A stretch of DNA of 64,000 nucleotides, from contig NC_043005.1 of NCBI RefSeq assembly GCF_006345805.1, positions 20,522,001 to 20,586,000 of the forward strand, given 5' to 3'. The translations under genes and the position numbers were made by a program. The stretch comes from Octopus sinensis. Lineage: Eukaryota. The notes under the pieces are model-generated. The model did not search any database. It worked only from the letters and a program-made list of their open reading frames with translations, and had not been told where the DNA came from. Shown piece by piece: positions 25,536-37,520 of the stretch (positions are counted from its first letter, which is position 1; every line of letters starts with the position of its first letter).

Positions 25536-26579
25536 GTTATCTGCAGACGAGAGATCTCTCCAAATATTTACAACAGAGTGAACACCATTAATTCTATCCA
25601 GAGGTTAGGTGATAGTATTAAGTTGCATGATGGATTAGGTCCGAAAACTAACAAATGGAAATGTGGAAGCTTGTTCCCTTTGACTTAGTCTCCATACACC
25701 AGATTCCATCCTCAGTTGTGTGAAGCAAATTTTAAATTATGCCAAAACTCTATACAGTACCTCATTGTTGTGAAGTGAACTTATTAAGCCCAAGCTATAT
25801 CTGGCTCATCAATTTTTCTCTTTATTTCTGATTTAAGCTGTCCCACCCATACTTTGTGTCATCATCCAACTCTCTGTACAGTGTAATGTTCTGAATCCTT
25901 CATTACTAGATTTTGGTCATCTTCTAAAACAATCTTCTGATACTCTTGTGATCTTCTAATCCATCACCCTTTATTATAATAATATTAATCATAATAATGG
26001 TCTTTGATTTAAGCACAGAACAAACAAATTTTGATGGGAGTGGTTTTGTAGATACCATCAACTAGTGACAAGTACCTTTCAATAACTTTGAGAGTGAAAC
26101 ATGAAGCTGATGTTTAACTGAGAAATGTAAAGAGCCTGAATAAATGGTGTAAAGCATTTCTTTGAATGCTTGTAATGATGCTTCCACTCAGCCACTTTTA
26201 GTCATGAAAAAAAGTAATAATAATGATTTCTTTTATTTGTCTGTAGGACATGATATTGGGCAAATGATACAAAGATAGGCATAAAGTATGGTGATTTACA
26301 GAAAGAAATGAGTAAAAGAAAACTATCAGTGCACACATGTACATTTAAAAGAAAGATCAGGATGATGATGCAGTCCTCCTGAATATAGAAGGATCAACTG
26401 AAGAACTCCACCATCAAAGATTACTCTGAACTCCAGATCATATGTCCTCTTCCATCATTGTTCTTATAAATGCATGCACTGTAGGCTCCATCCACTCTTA
26501 CCATCTTTGAAACTTTCACCCAGCTTTCAATAACTTCACTTGAGGACAGTACATCTCTCTCTCTCTCTCTCTCTTTCTC

Positions 26580-27520
26580 TCAATCTTCATTTTCTTTACA
26601 AGTGATAAAGGGTGAACCAAAGAGGAAAATCTCTGCCATCAGACCTTTCAGCCTCATCCACCAAACGACCACTTTTGAAAAAGCTACCAGATAGATGAAA
26701 ACTGCATTCTCTTCCCTATTAAAGGAAGATATAGGACATTTATCTTGAAAGACTTGATTGACAATCAGATCCTTTCCATACACAATAGCAGCTCTTTGAC
26801 ATAACTCATGAACAATGAATAAGTTGCATTGAAAAAGAATTTTGTGTACTGTGTTCAACTCAGACATGATAAAAGAGATTGTATTGGACTCGTAGAGTTC
26901 TTTGGTAGCACTGACAAGCCAAAGACTTCAGGGAGTTGTCCATAATATTCCCTTATCAAAAGGTCCTTTGAAACAAACTTGCTTGTTCATTTCCATGAAT
27001 TCCCAAAGGGCTTTTTGAGAATGTCAGTGCTTTTTCCCTTCACTAACCTTCAACAGGTTCTTTGATTGGGACAGTCACCAGTTCCATTACCCATTTCAGG
27101 TTTGATCTAGCATATGTTATATGTAATCCTTAGGCTTACTTTAGATAATATGGTCTTCCCTTTTTTAAGAATGTGGTAAGGCAATTGAAGACGATTTTGT
27201 TAATATTTCTGATATGTTGAGTGAATTCATAGGGGCTTCCACAGTGGCTGATCCACTGAATTTTGAACATATTGCAAACAGATCTGACATAGCTTATAAT
27301 TTGTTGCCTTATTCAACATCACCACCTGGCCTTTAGATGGTCATGGCAATGGTGGTGGATAGTATTTGGCCAATGTTAAAATACTAATTACAATAACAAA
27401 TACTCACATTGACCCACAGTTGTTCAGGCTGGGCATGAATGACATGAATCTTGCATGTGTAGGAGGGAAAATGGCCTGAGAATTTCATGGTACTGATATT
27501 TCTTTCATGACCAGCTTATT
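26580..27520 (-). mobile_element. L1/Tx1-like LINE relic in intron C2-B2
   Basis: VFIYLVAFSKVVVWWMRLKGL matches the 55973-56194 ORF (IFIVLVAMTKECVWWMHLKGL). A colinear copy lies at ~41970-42860. Confidence 0.6.
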
Positions 27521-28461
27521 AATAAAAACAAAAAATCCTACTTCATTAAAATAAATTATGCATTCATTGTTTAGGTGCAAGGACAAACACTATGAGAGAG
27601 CAATGAGAACTGTGTGATGTTCATGTCTTTCTCAGGGACACTGTTTATATCAAGTGCATCTCACTAAAAGTATAATTTTGATGAATTAAAATTTATTAGC
27701 TTGTTACATTAAGTTTTGTGTATCCATATTTACTACATATTTTTATTAATTCACTACCTGATGATGACAATTAAATTATTTTAGTTTTCCAAGGCAAAAC
27801 AGTAAGGTAAGGGGTTTTGCTATGTCTTGATATATTTAGTGACATCCCTCTACATTCTGGGTTTAAATCCCAACAGAGTGTACTTCACCTTTCATATTTC
27901 TGAGATAGATCAAGCAAACACTTGTAAAGTCTGAGGTTAATTTATTCATATGCATTCTCATTGTTGAATGTGTGGCCTTGTGCTTAAACCATTGTTATAA
28001 ATATGGTTAACTTCATCAATAATACATCCTTATCGACAAGAACTGAAAGGTGTTTTTGAATGAAAATAATGCAGAATATACAATCTATAAAGGAACTCTA
28101 ATTTTTATGGCTCTATATGAACTTACAATTATCTAAAAAATTTTGTAATTTCTGTAAAATTTCCATAGGTATTGCTAGTTATAATTATAGTTAAATATTA
28201 TTATAATTGTTAAGGGTGATGGATTGACAGAATCATTCAAACATCAGAAATAATACGTTGTAGTATTTGTTCTGGCTCTTTAACTTCCAGGTTCAAATCT
28301 TGCTTGTGACAACTTTCTTTTTCCAGGGCAATAAAATACCAGATAAATGTAGTATCCAACTTAACTGAAAGTCATATCTCAAATTTTGCTCTCCTGTCTA
28401 TGTTAAAAATTATCATTATTGTTGTTATTTTTAATTGCTCTAAATTTTACTTCAACTCTAG

Positions 28462-28701
28462 GAACTGGGACCCATTTTGTGAAAGTAAAAAATGCAGTTC
28501 TGGATGTGGATGGGAAAACACCATTGCATATTAAAGATATAACAGCAGAAGCCTGTGAACAGAAATGTTGGTCTGACAAAAAATGTTTGTCATTTGAAAT
28601 AAGTGAAAGAAAGGAAATGTGTTACTTATCAAAAGCGTCAGCAGCTTCCTCCAATAAAATAATCAAAGTCATTGGCAAAGATTACTACCAACGAGTAAAA
28701 T
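28462..28701 (+). CDS. Exon B2, PAN/apple-like domain (xTGTHFVKVKNAVLDVDGKTPLHIKDITAEACEQKCWSDKKCLSFEISERKEMCYLSKASAASSNKIIKVIGKDYYQRVK)
   Basis: Acceptor aactctag, donor gtaatt, 240 nt. 41/80 aa identical to B1 by hand alignment. Confidence 0.9.
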
Positions 28702-29089
28702 GTAATTATTTTTTGTATTATATTATTGGACTTTTTCCTGAAATTTGTGATTCCATTTATACATCAGGAAATATAGACAAGGACTTCTGTAAAAATATTT
28801 GCAGGTTTGCCAAAAAGGACAAATATAGACATGTTCCAGAAAAGGAATGCAATACTAGAAACTATAAATATTGATAAGGCATTGTCATATAGCAATTGTT
28901 CATCTTGAATATTTTCAACTCTTGTCTTTGTTGCATAGAAACAGTTGTCATAATAACAACAACTTTGTCAATGTTGGCATGGCTTAAACAGCTTTGTTAT
29001 TGTACATTGTCTCACCAGTTGTTGCTGCTCTTTATAATTTGATACACAAAAGGCCTAAGCAAAAAATGACAATATGTGGTCAGGTATCT

Positions 29090-30330
29090 CCTGTATTATG
29101 GTAAGGTTGTTATGGCTAGGGTTCCTTCATATTGCCAACCATTATGTTACATAAAGAAAGTACATTTTCCCATGCTACATGAAAGAGAGAAGTTTTCTAT
29201 TGGGAATATGGAATCTTCTCACCATAAAATAAGTTCCCATTCAAAATAGTTCCATGGAATAAAGAACAAAGCAAACAAATTCACTCATGCATTTCGTACT
29301 TTTTCATTGAAATCCAATCCATCCTTCTTGAAACCATGAACTTCAAGGGAAATTCACTATGTATAATGAACTCAATATTAGAATGCTCATAAATGCTAGG
29401 ATGTCATTGCTATCATGATGAATCTTTTTAGCTCAAAAAGATAGGTGAGTCATTTTTGTATATCTAACTGCAATATTTACTTTGGGCACTTTCAATAACT
29501 TCATGCACATTCACAGCTCAGGTTCATACAGGAGCTTGGCAATTTCAGGTAATATGAACAGCTTGTCATGAAAAGATTTAGGAAGAATCTAACAGGAATT
29601 TACTTGAATTATATTCAACTAAATGGATATTGCTTTAAACCTGAAATTAAGTATTACATGAGTATTTCTCCTACAGAAAGACATACAAATGCCTTCATCA
29701 GAATTTCAATTACTACTACCAAGTTATAATAAGAAACTTAGTAGCTGGTATTGCTGAAAGTATCTATAATTTATCATCAAATAATGATGTTTTTGTCAGT
29801 TTATTTACAAGGTGTTAGCTAAGATTGGCTTTAGTGAGAACTTAGTATACAAAGTATCTCCATACATGAAGTGAATTAGGAAGAGAAAAAGAAAACTTGA
29901 TTCAACTTTCTTTTCAATTTAAATGTCTCCATGAACACAGAGAGGAAATTTTAAGTATCCTGCATTAGACACTATTTCTCAGGCATGCATATGAATAACA
30001 AGCTTATTAATGTGCATGGTATTATGGTTTAGTACTCCTATCCAGATAACATTTCTCCAGCAATGTCTACTACAATAGAATTGCTTTCATTCAGTATTTT
30101 TACCAGACACCCACCTGAAATTGCCAAAATCAATCCACCTCTCCATTGAGAAAATTGTTCCTTTCTAAGATAGAGGTATATAGAGTAACTCGTACTCCTC
30201 TTGATGGGATTAACAGACAAATATTTCAGAGAAAGTTTCACTCAGCATATATCTCCTTTTTATGTGAAAACTTCAGGAACAGGGAAACAATCTGTCCAGC
30301 ATAACCTTGAGCTTACTCAACACATGCATG
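29090..30330 (+). mobile_element. Fossil Penelope-like block, copy 3 (after B2)
   Basis: Colinear with 40-960 and 13500-14700 (shared aaggtgttagct and cctgcattagacactatttctc). Confidence 0.6.
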
Positions 30331-30369
30331 CACACTAAGAATAAACCTGTATGCATATGTATGTGTGAA

Positions 30370-30700
30370 GGTGCATTGCTTGGTGGTTAGGGTATTCAGC
30401 TCATGATTATAAGGTCATGTATTGGATTCCCAGTTGCATGTTCAATTCCTGATGACACTTCATTTCATGTTGCTCCAGTCCATTCAGCTGACAAAAGTGA
30501 GTTGTACCTGTTATTCAAAGGGCCAGCTTTATCACGTTCTGTGTCATATTGAATCTCCCTGAGTACTCTGTTAAGGCTTTGTGTGTCTGTGGAGTACTCA
30601 GCCACTTGCATGTCAATTTCATGAGCAGGCTATTTAATTGATTGGATCAACTGGAACATCCCAACTTGATACCCCATCAGAAATGATGGGTAGGACTGCC
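30370..30700 (+). mobile_element. Degraded tRNA-derived SINE
   Basis: Head gtgcattgcttggtggttagggtattcagctcatga...attccc, followed by a SINE-like body. Confidence 0.45.
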
Positions 30701-32024
30701 AGAAATAATATTTTATTACAGGTGTGTTTTTATCAAAAATTGACTGGTTTTTAATGCTACATATTTCTAAGTGAAAAAAATGCTTAAAAGTGTTATGGAC
30801 AGATATCAACTTCATAACTCAAGGAATGTTATATGGGTCTGTAGAAATGAACTGCCTAACAGAAGCAGTCAAAAGAAAAAAAAACATCATCAACAATAAT
30901 AAAGAATAAATAGAATATATACATCAATGTACAAACACCAAGAACAATGGCTATAAGAACACCACTACACACCAACTGATAATCAAATTCTAAAAGTAGA
31001 TGAAGAAACATACAACACACTGAAGAAAAATATTCCAAGGGAATGGGAGATTTCTGAGAAAATATAAATGAAAGAATATACAGAGGATTTACTTGTGGAA
31101 ACACTTGCAAGAAGCCAGAAGGATGGAACACAGATCCTTCTCACCTTTGTCCTTCTAACTGAACATAGCCTCACTGAAAATGGATGGTCTGAATGCATAT
31201 GGACTGGGATTGCCTTTGGAAGTAGGGTCACCAGCTCAGCCACCTTAGATCATGAAACAGATGTAGTGACCATTAGCAAGACCGTCTTGATTTGCTACAA
31301 ATTGTATGCATCTTCAAAATTACTGGGAGTGGATGGTATAATCAGTGTTGATTTGGAAAGGGTTAGATCTTGTGATATGGACTATTTCTCTAGTTCCAGA
31401 AGGTGACTGAAAGATGCAGTTTACTTTCTTTTGAATGTTTGTACATTGAAATTGACTGGGGTGACCATTGTTGTTGTTGCATAGAGGTTTTGAAGCATTT
31501 TAGATAATAATGTAGAAATACCATGTAAGTGAAATTTTGAATAAAATATTAAGAAGCCATCTCTTGCACAGTTTTTTAAAATAGATAATTTATTATAAAA
31601 CACAATCCATCCACAAAATTATTGTTTGGTGCATCATAAAACATATTCAAAACCTTGCCTTAAAGTTGTAGATAATCCCAAGCTTGGTGTGCTTTGGCTT
31701 AAGATTTAATAGCCATAACAACACTTAAGTCATTAGTTTAAGGAAGTTTTGACTCTGCAAAAGTACACCATCAGAAAAGGGATGCATAAATGGATTATTT
31801 GCAATATATTTGTTGAAACAAGGTTTCAGGTGGATTTCAAGATGAACTACAACTGATATGAATATTGAATAGGGTGCCATTTAATGGATCAAATATTTAT
31901 TTACAATAATTTATTTATTTGAATAAACTATGCATAACTTGCTTTATAATATTTAATATATATGTGTGGTGCATGTATGTGTGTGTGTGAAAATATGAAA
32001 TGAATTTCTTTTCTTTTTTTCCAG

Positions 32025-32255
32025 CTGATGACGTGACTTTTGTATTTAAAAGTATTACCATACCAGGGCAGAATAATATGGGACGGCTTAAGAAATTGAA
32101 GTTAAAAGAGTGTCATCAATCTTGTCTACATCTAGGATGTAATTCTTATGAGTACAATGAGAAAACTAAGTTATGTGATCTAAGTAATGCGACTCACATG
32201 ACCCATGAACTTGAAACCAGCTTTGAACGTTGGGATCTTTATATTATTAATCCAG
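32025..32255 (+). CDS. Exon A3, PAN/apple-like domain (xDDVTFVFKSITIPGQNNMGRLKKLKLKECHQSCLHLGCNSYEYNEKTKLCDLSNATHMTHELETSFERWDLYIINP)
   Basis: Acceptor tttttccag, donor gtcagt, 231 nt, open frame. Confidence 0.88.
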
Positions 32256-32338
32256 GTCAGTAGAATGTTTTCTTATTTTATTTATTGTCTATATGTGTTT
32301 ACATATATGTGTGTGTGTATTTATGTTTGTTTGTATAT

Positions 32339-32389
<51 letters not shown>

Positions 32390-32458
32390 GATAGATATAC
32401 GTTTATCAATTCATTTTGCCAGATTCCTGATGTGAAATTGTGTATTGAAACATATATT

Positions 32459-33096
32459 GTTGTATTTCAGGATGGTCATTTTATTTATTCATTTTTTTTT
32501 GGGGGGGGGGGGCAAATAAACACACACACACTATATTTTTTTCTTCATTCGATTACTACTATTATTTTATTATTTTAACATCCGTCCATTGTCTGGAAAT
32601 CTTTTGTCACACATCTGTGACCTCTTCAGTGACACTTTTCGTTTCCGTGTGTGTTCTTGCTCCACTTACTCTATTATGTTCTTCTAAGATGTGTATCTTT
32701 ATGTGCACATGTGTTTGTGTCCTTGTTTGTGTTTGTGTGTGTGCATGCATGCATGTATATGTCTTAGTTTTTAGGAGCCCCAACTCCATTGTGCTGCTGC
32801 TGTCCTAAGACCTGAGGGAAAAAAAAGTGGGGTGAGAGGTTGGGGCTAAGGGGAAGGCCACACTGCTGCTAAAAACTAAGACACACATGCAAACATAGAC
32901 ACACAAGAACACACGGAAACAAAAAGTGTCACTGAAGAGGTCACAAATGTGTGAAGAAAGATTTCCGGACAATGGACAGGCATTAAAATAATAAAATAAC
33001 AATAATAAACAAGTGAAGAAAAAATAAAAACATAGAGTGTGCATGTGTTTATTTGACAAAACAAAAATGATAAATAAAATGACCATCCTGAAATAC

Positions 33097-33099
<3 letters not shown>
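32459..33099. mobile_element. MITE or foldback element with perfect 29-bp terminal inverted repeats
   Basis: gttgtatttcaggatggtcattttattta (32459-32487) and taaataaaatgaccatcctgaaatacaac (33071-33099). Imperfect arm symmetry extends ~200 bp inward. Confidence 0.75.
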
Positions 33100-33143
<44 letters not shown>

Positions 33144-34191
33144 CAAAATGTAACCACATGTGAATCATTGGTGATTTTCTTCCTCCATCTTCCTTTCTAT
33201 TGGATTTTATTCTGTTCCTGAAGAAGAGTGTTGCTCGAAATGTTAAACCATCTTTCTTCCCTTCCTTGAGCATCTGCTAATACTTTACATGTTCCATGTG
33301 CTCGCGTTGTAGTGTTTTTTCTTCTTCCTTTTGGGATTTACTATATATATATTGAAATATAAAGATAACATTCAGGAATCCAAGTGTAGGATGTTTGTAA
33401 GCTCCAAGCTGTCCGTAGTAGCTACAGAATGCAAAAAGTGGACAGTGTATAGTCAGTAATAACAACAATTTATTGGTGCCAAAGGTTACACACTTTTTCC
33501 CATATCAAAGTTACATGGAAATTTGATAAGCTGAAACTTTCCACAGAGCTCATGGTTAGCAACTAGGGTTGCTTTAAATGTGAATAAAAAGGCTCTCATA
33601 TTTGCTCTAAATATGAGAGGAAATATAGATATTATCCTGGCAGCCTGTGGAATTGTTATAAAATTTGACAGAAAACTTTGGGCCTGCAAGGACACTCCAA
33701 TTACTTCAACATCCCAAGGTGGGTGAGTGACTCAACTTTCAATCCATTGAATTATCCTACTCCACCACAACTAACATTGCCAATATTATTTGATGACTTA
33801 ACAATAGGAAGTTACATAACCAGAAGAAAGTTAACTGTAATCATACAAATACAATATTCTAACTCACAGTTTCCTGACCATAATCCTAGAGCATCCTTAT
33901 ACCTTCCTACCAGTCCCAACTTTCACCCCACTATCCCTAATCCTAGTACTCCATCCACTACCTGTAACCAGCTTAGAGATCAGGCTACACCAATTACTGA
34001 AGTAGGGAATAATAGAGATATCACCAGACATGAGAGCTACTATAAAATACATCTTCTGGATAGCTCCCTCATCACTACCACCACCACCACCACCACCATA
34101 TAAATGTGAGTGTCTCACCCCAGTAGCTCCCTAACTAATCCTCCAACATCCCTTCAACTTTGATTTCTCCTATAACCATTACTACTTGGCA

Positions 34192-34555
34192 TTATTACCT
34201 GTGCCTTAGCGAAGGTGGAGGTATTGTTTTCAGTCCTGTTTGTTTGTCCATGGACAAGATATCTCAAGAACCACTGGATGGATTCAAATGAAACTTTTAG
34301 GAATGTTTGGCCTCATGACTGGCATAGACTGATTAGATTTGGGGATCGATCCAGTACCGGATAAGGATTCTGATTATTTTTCCTGTTTTTTTTTACTTAA
34401 TTTTTGAGAGTGGTTGGGTTCATTTTTAGTATTCTCATTTGTGAGAGCAGTTGAATTTACTTCAGATATTCTCACTTTAAAAATAATCTCCGGCTAATCA
34501 TTGAGAGGATATTGGTGTTGCCTTGGCAGAGGTTTACACTCTATGAGTGCTCTTG
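34192..34555 (+). mobile_element. Helentron-associated non-autonomous element (DINE/HINE-like)
   Basis: 5' attacctgtgcc...ggaggtattgttttc...gtttgtttgtc...gatatctcaagaaccactggatggatt...gaaacttt, and 3' ccttggcagaggtttacactctatgagtgctcttgtt with a terminal hairpin. This layout is typical of the class. Confidence 0.65.
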
Positions 34556-34867
34556 TTTTTATATATTTCCTTTACTTTGTGGTCTCCTTATTTTTCCTAT
34601 TTCTGTCTTTTTTGTATACCCTCTAATTCATGTACTTTTTCCTCTTACCCTTTTTCTTCTACCCTTTTTCTCCCATTTTTCCTTTCTTTTCCTTTTTTAA
34701 CTACTTTTTTCTCTTCTCTTTATTTCTTGTTTTTTCATGCACTTTTTGCTCTCCTTGTAGTTTGCGCATATACTTGCACACCTACAGCTTGCATGTCTAG
34801 ATATATGCATGATTTATATAGTAGAAGCATTGATATATGTAGAAACTTGACAAATAAATTACTACTG

Positions 34868-34938
<71 letters not shown>

Positions 34939-35043
34939 CAAAAGCAAAGATCAAATAAATAGTGTATGTGCTTGTTTGGCAAAAGATGATCATCTCTAAA
35001 TGAAATAATATATTAAATTCAGCTTATGTTGAGATGTATTGAA

Positions 35044-35273
35044 AGATACAGATAAGGAAACATTTTTAATCTCAAACACTAATATTGCTAATAATATAGC
35101 ATGAACAGGATAAACTATTGATATTTTGGAGAAAAATCTGTCGGTAGCCAGCCATGTCTCATAGCTGGTAGCCTACAGATTTTTCTGTAAAATTTGGATA
35201 GTTTATCCTGTTCAAGCTATATTATTAGCATTATCCTGCATTTGAGAATAAAATAATTTCCTTATCTGTATCT
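35044..35273. repeat. ~230 bp imperfect palindrome (small foldback element)
   Basis: agatacagataaggaaa pairs with tttccttatctgtatct; gctaataatatagc.tgaacaggataaactat pairs with atagtttatcctgttca.gctatattattagc. Confidence 0.8.
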
Positions 35274-35331
35274 TGAAATAATGTTTCAACACACTATTTC
35301 ACATCAATAACCTTGCAAAACAAATATGTAA

Positions 35332-35384
<53 letters not shown>

Positions 35385-36077
35385 CATTTAAATAATGAGG
35401 GAGATAAATTGAATATTAATTTAATTAATATCAATTTAAAACCAGTAGCCTAGCATACAAAAATCTGAAAAATCAGAGAAAATTCTAATACATGTGTATA
35501 TTTTAAGGGCTAAAAACATGTGTATATTTTAAGGGCTAAAAACCACTATGTGGACAGCCATATGCTAGAAATAGATCACCTACGATCAAACTACAAAGAA
35601 AGAATGTTCTCTAGAGAAAAATTCAGCAGACACCAGAACAATAGGCAGGCAAGACAGATGAAAATTATATAAAAAACAAGAATTAATCGCAAACCAATTT
35701 CGCCTATTAACGAATAAATCACTTACGTAATCCTTCGTCCATAGGACTCATCAGTACGATCGTTCCAAAAGCAATATAATTTATAAAACTAACCACCAGT
35801 TTTCCATATAAAAACAGACACGTGCTTAGTTCCACCGATTACATTGGGGAGTTTTGGCGCGCTAAATTCCGGAAACAAAAACTGCAGCAAATAATTTACT
35901 GCAGTTAATGCTGCCTATTAGAGAACATATTTATTTTAACATTTAAATAATGAGGGAGATAAACTGAATATTAATTTAATTAATATCAATTTAAAACCCG
36001 TAGCCTAGCATACAAAAATCTGAAAAATCAGAGAAAATTCTAATACATGTGTATATTTTAAGGGCTAAAAACCACTA
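35385..36077 (-). mobile_element. Non-coding element with ~140-bp direct repeats (35385-35548, 35940-36077); Penelope pLTR-like or retrozyme-like
   Basis: Near-identical direct repeats 555 bp apart. The first carries a 26-bp internal tandem duplication. A hammerhead core lies between them. Confidence 0.6.
35706..35770 (-). ncRNA. Degenerate type-I hammerhead ribozyme
   Basis: Minus-strand RNA ...AACGAUCGUA-CUGAUGA-GUCC-UAU-GGAC-GAA-GGAU-UACGUAAGUG-AUUU-A-UUCGUU: intact CUGAUGA core, perfect stem II, palindromic UUACGUAA in stem III. A15.1 is G and stem I has mismatches. Confidence 0.65.
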
Positions 36078-36441
36078 CCATCTGAACATGGTTGATACCA
36101 GTGCCCCCTGACTGGTTCCCATGCCAGTAGCTTGTTAAAAGCACCATTTACTAGTATGTTTTAACTTAGTGTATGCAACTCACTACACTCTCAGAGTGGC
36201 TGGCGTTAGGGAGGGCATCCAGTTATAGAAACATTGCCAGATTAGATTGGAGCCTGGTGCAGCCCACTGGCTTGCTAGACATCAGTCAAACTGTCCAACC
36301 CATGCTAGCATGGATGGTGAATGTTAACCAATGATGATGATGATGATACATACACATACAAACTCTGTCATTATCACCTCATTTTCATCCTCTTCCTAAC
36401 ATATGTGTACCATTGGTAATTATTTCTGCTCTTAATTCCAG

Positions 36442-36612
36442 TTTATGGAAGAATCAACTGTAAATCTCCAAAAGATGTTGTTGGTGCATCAAAGTCCTAT
36501 GATGTTACCACCTATAAATCTGAAGTGATCTATACTTGCCCAAATGGAAAAAAATTTAAGTCAGTATGTGAAAAGGACAGTAAATGGAGTTCAGTAGCAT
36601 CTGTTTGTAAAG
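36442..36612 (+). CDS. Exon C3, Sushi/CCP domain (xYGRINCKSPKDVVGASKSYDVTTYKSEVIYTCPNGKKFKSVCEKDSKWSSVASVCK)
   Basis: Acceptor ttaattccag, donor gtactg, 171 nt. Confidence 0.87.
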
Positions 36613-37199
36613 GTACTGTAAATAACTTCTCTCTTGTTAACTTTGAGCTTGCAATTTTGTTTTATGTTTGGCTTTATGTCTTTGCCAGAAGGTTTATTAA
36701 CTATATGACGACTTTCACAGTGTTTCTAGCTGTTGTGAGGGTGAGAGGTTGTTATTCTCAGACCAGTGACTTTGCCAAACACTTACAGCAGAGTGAACTC
36801 CATTGTTTGTACTGAAGGGCCAAATAACACTATTAAACTGAAAGCATTGAAGCTTGTTCCTTCCAGCTGGATTCCACACAGTTTCCATCTACCAGATTTC
36901 ATCCTTAGTTGTGAAGTAAATTTTTTTACCACAAAACCAAGACTCCACCCAGTACCACAAAGTTATGAAGTAAACTTCTTATGCTCAGGAAGTAGATCTC
37001 TTAATTTCTAACTTCACCTTTTTGCATATAACATGCTTCATCATCCCAAATTCTGTGCAGTATAATGCCCTGATTCCTTTTCCACAAGAATCCAACAATA
37101 CTCTAATGATTGTTCCAATCCATCATCCTTATTATAAATGCAACTAAAAGGGGAAAGGCTAACATCCTCCATATTTACTATTATGTTTTAACTTAGTGT

Positions 37200-37520
37200 A
37201 TGCAACCCTGTTGTTCTTTAATTCTTTAACAGCAGTAGCAATCAGATTCCTCCATAGTTTCTTCTCTGATGCAAAAGCTTCCCAGATTTTGGTATCAACA
37301 TAAATCTTTGTAAGTGTGTCTCTAAAATTGTCTTTGGAACTCTTTTGTGACTTGCACCAGGATGGTTTCCTTCTTTCAACTCACCATACAACACCTCATT
37401 TGGCATATGGGTGTCCTCTTGACCTTTTTCAGATGTATCATGCTTCATCATCCAGAACCCTGTACAATATAATGCTCTAAGTCTTTCTTCATTACAATTC
37501 AGCAATCCTTTCAAATAGTC
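37200..37520 (-). mobile_element. RTE-like 3' relic
   Basis: HMPNEVLYGELKEGNHPGASHKR resembles the RTE C-terminal RLPKQVLYGEL..G.R..G.PRKR motif. Confidence 0.5.

Noticed and set aside
28419-28461. Apparent signal peptides MLLFLIALNFTSTLG (28419) and MLSLLLFFIRLNFTSILD (45407) in front of B2 and B3
   Set aside because: They start at TTG and are the SINE (TTA/TTG)n tail plus polypyrimidine tract upstream of a conserved AG acceptor. The equivalent frame is not preserved as an ATG-led peptide in B1 or B4.
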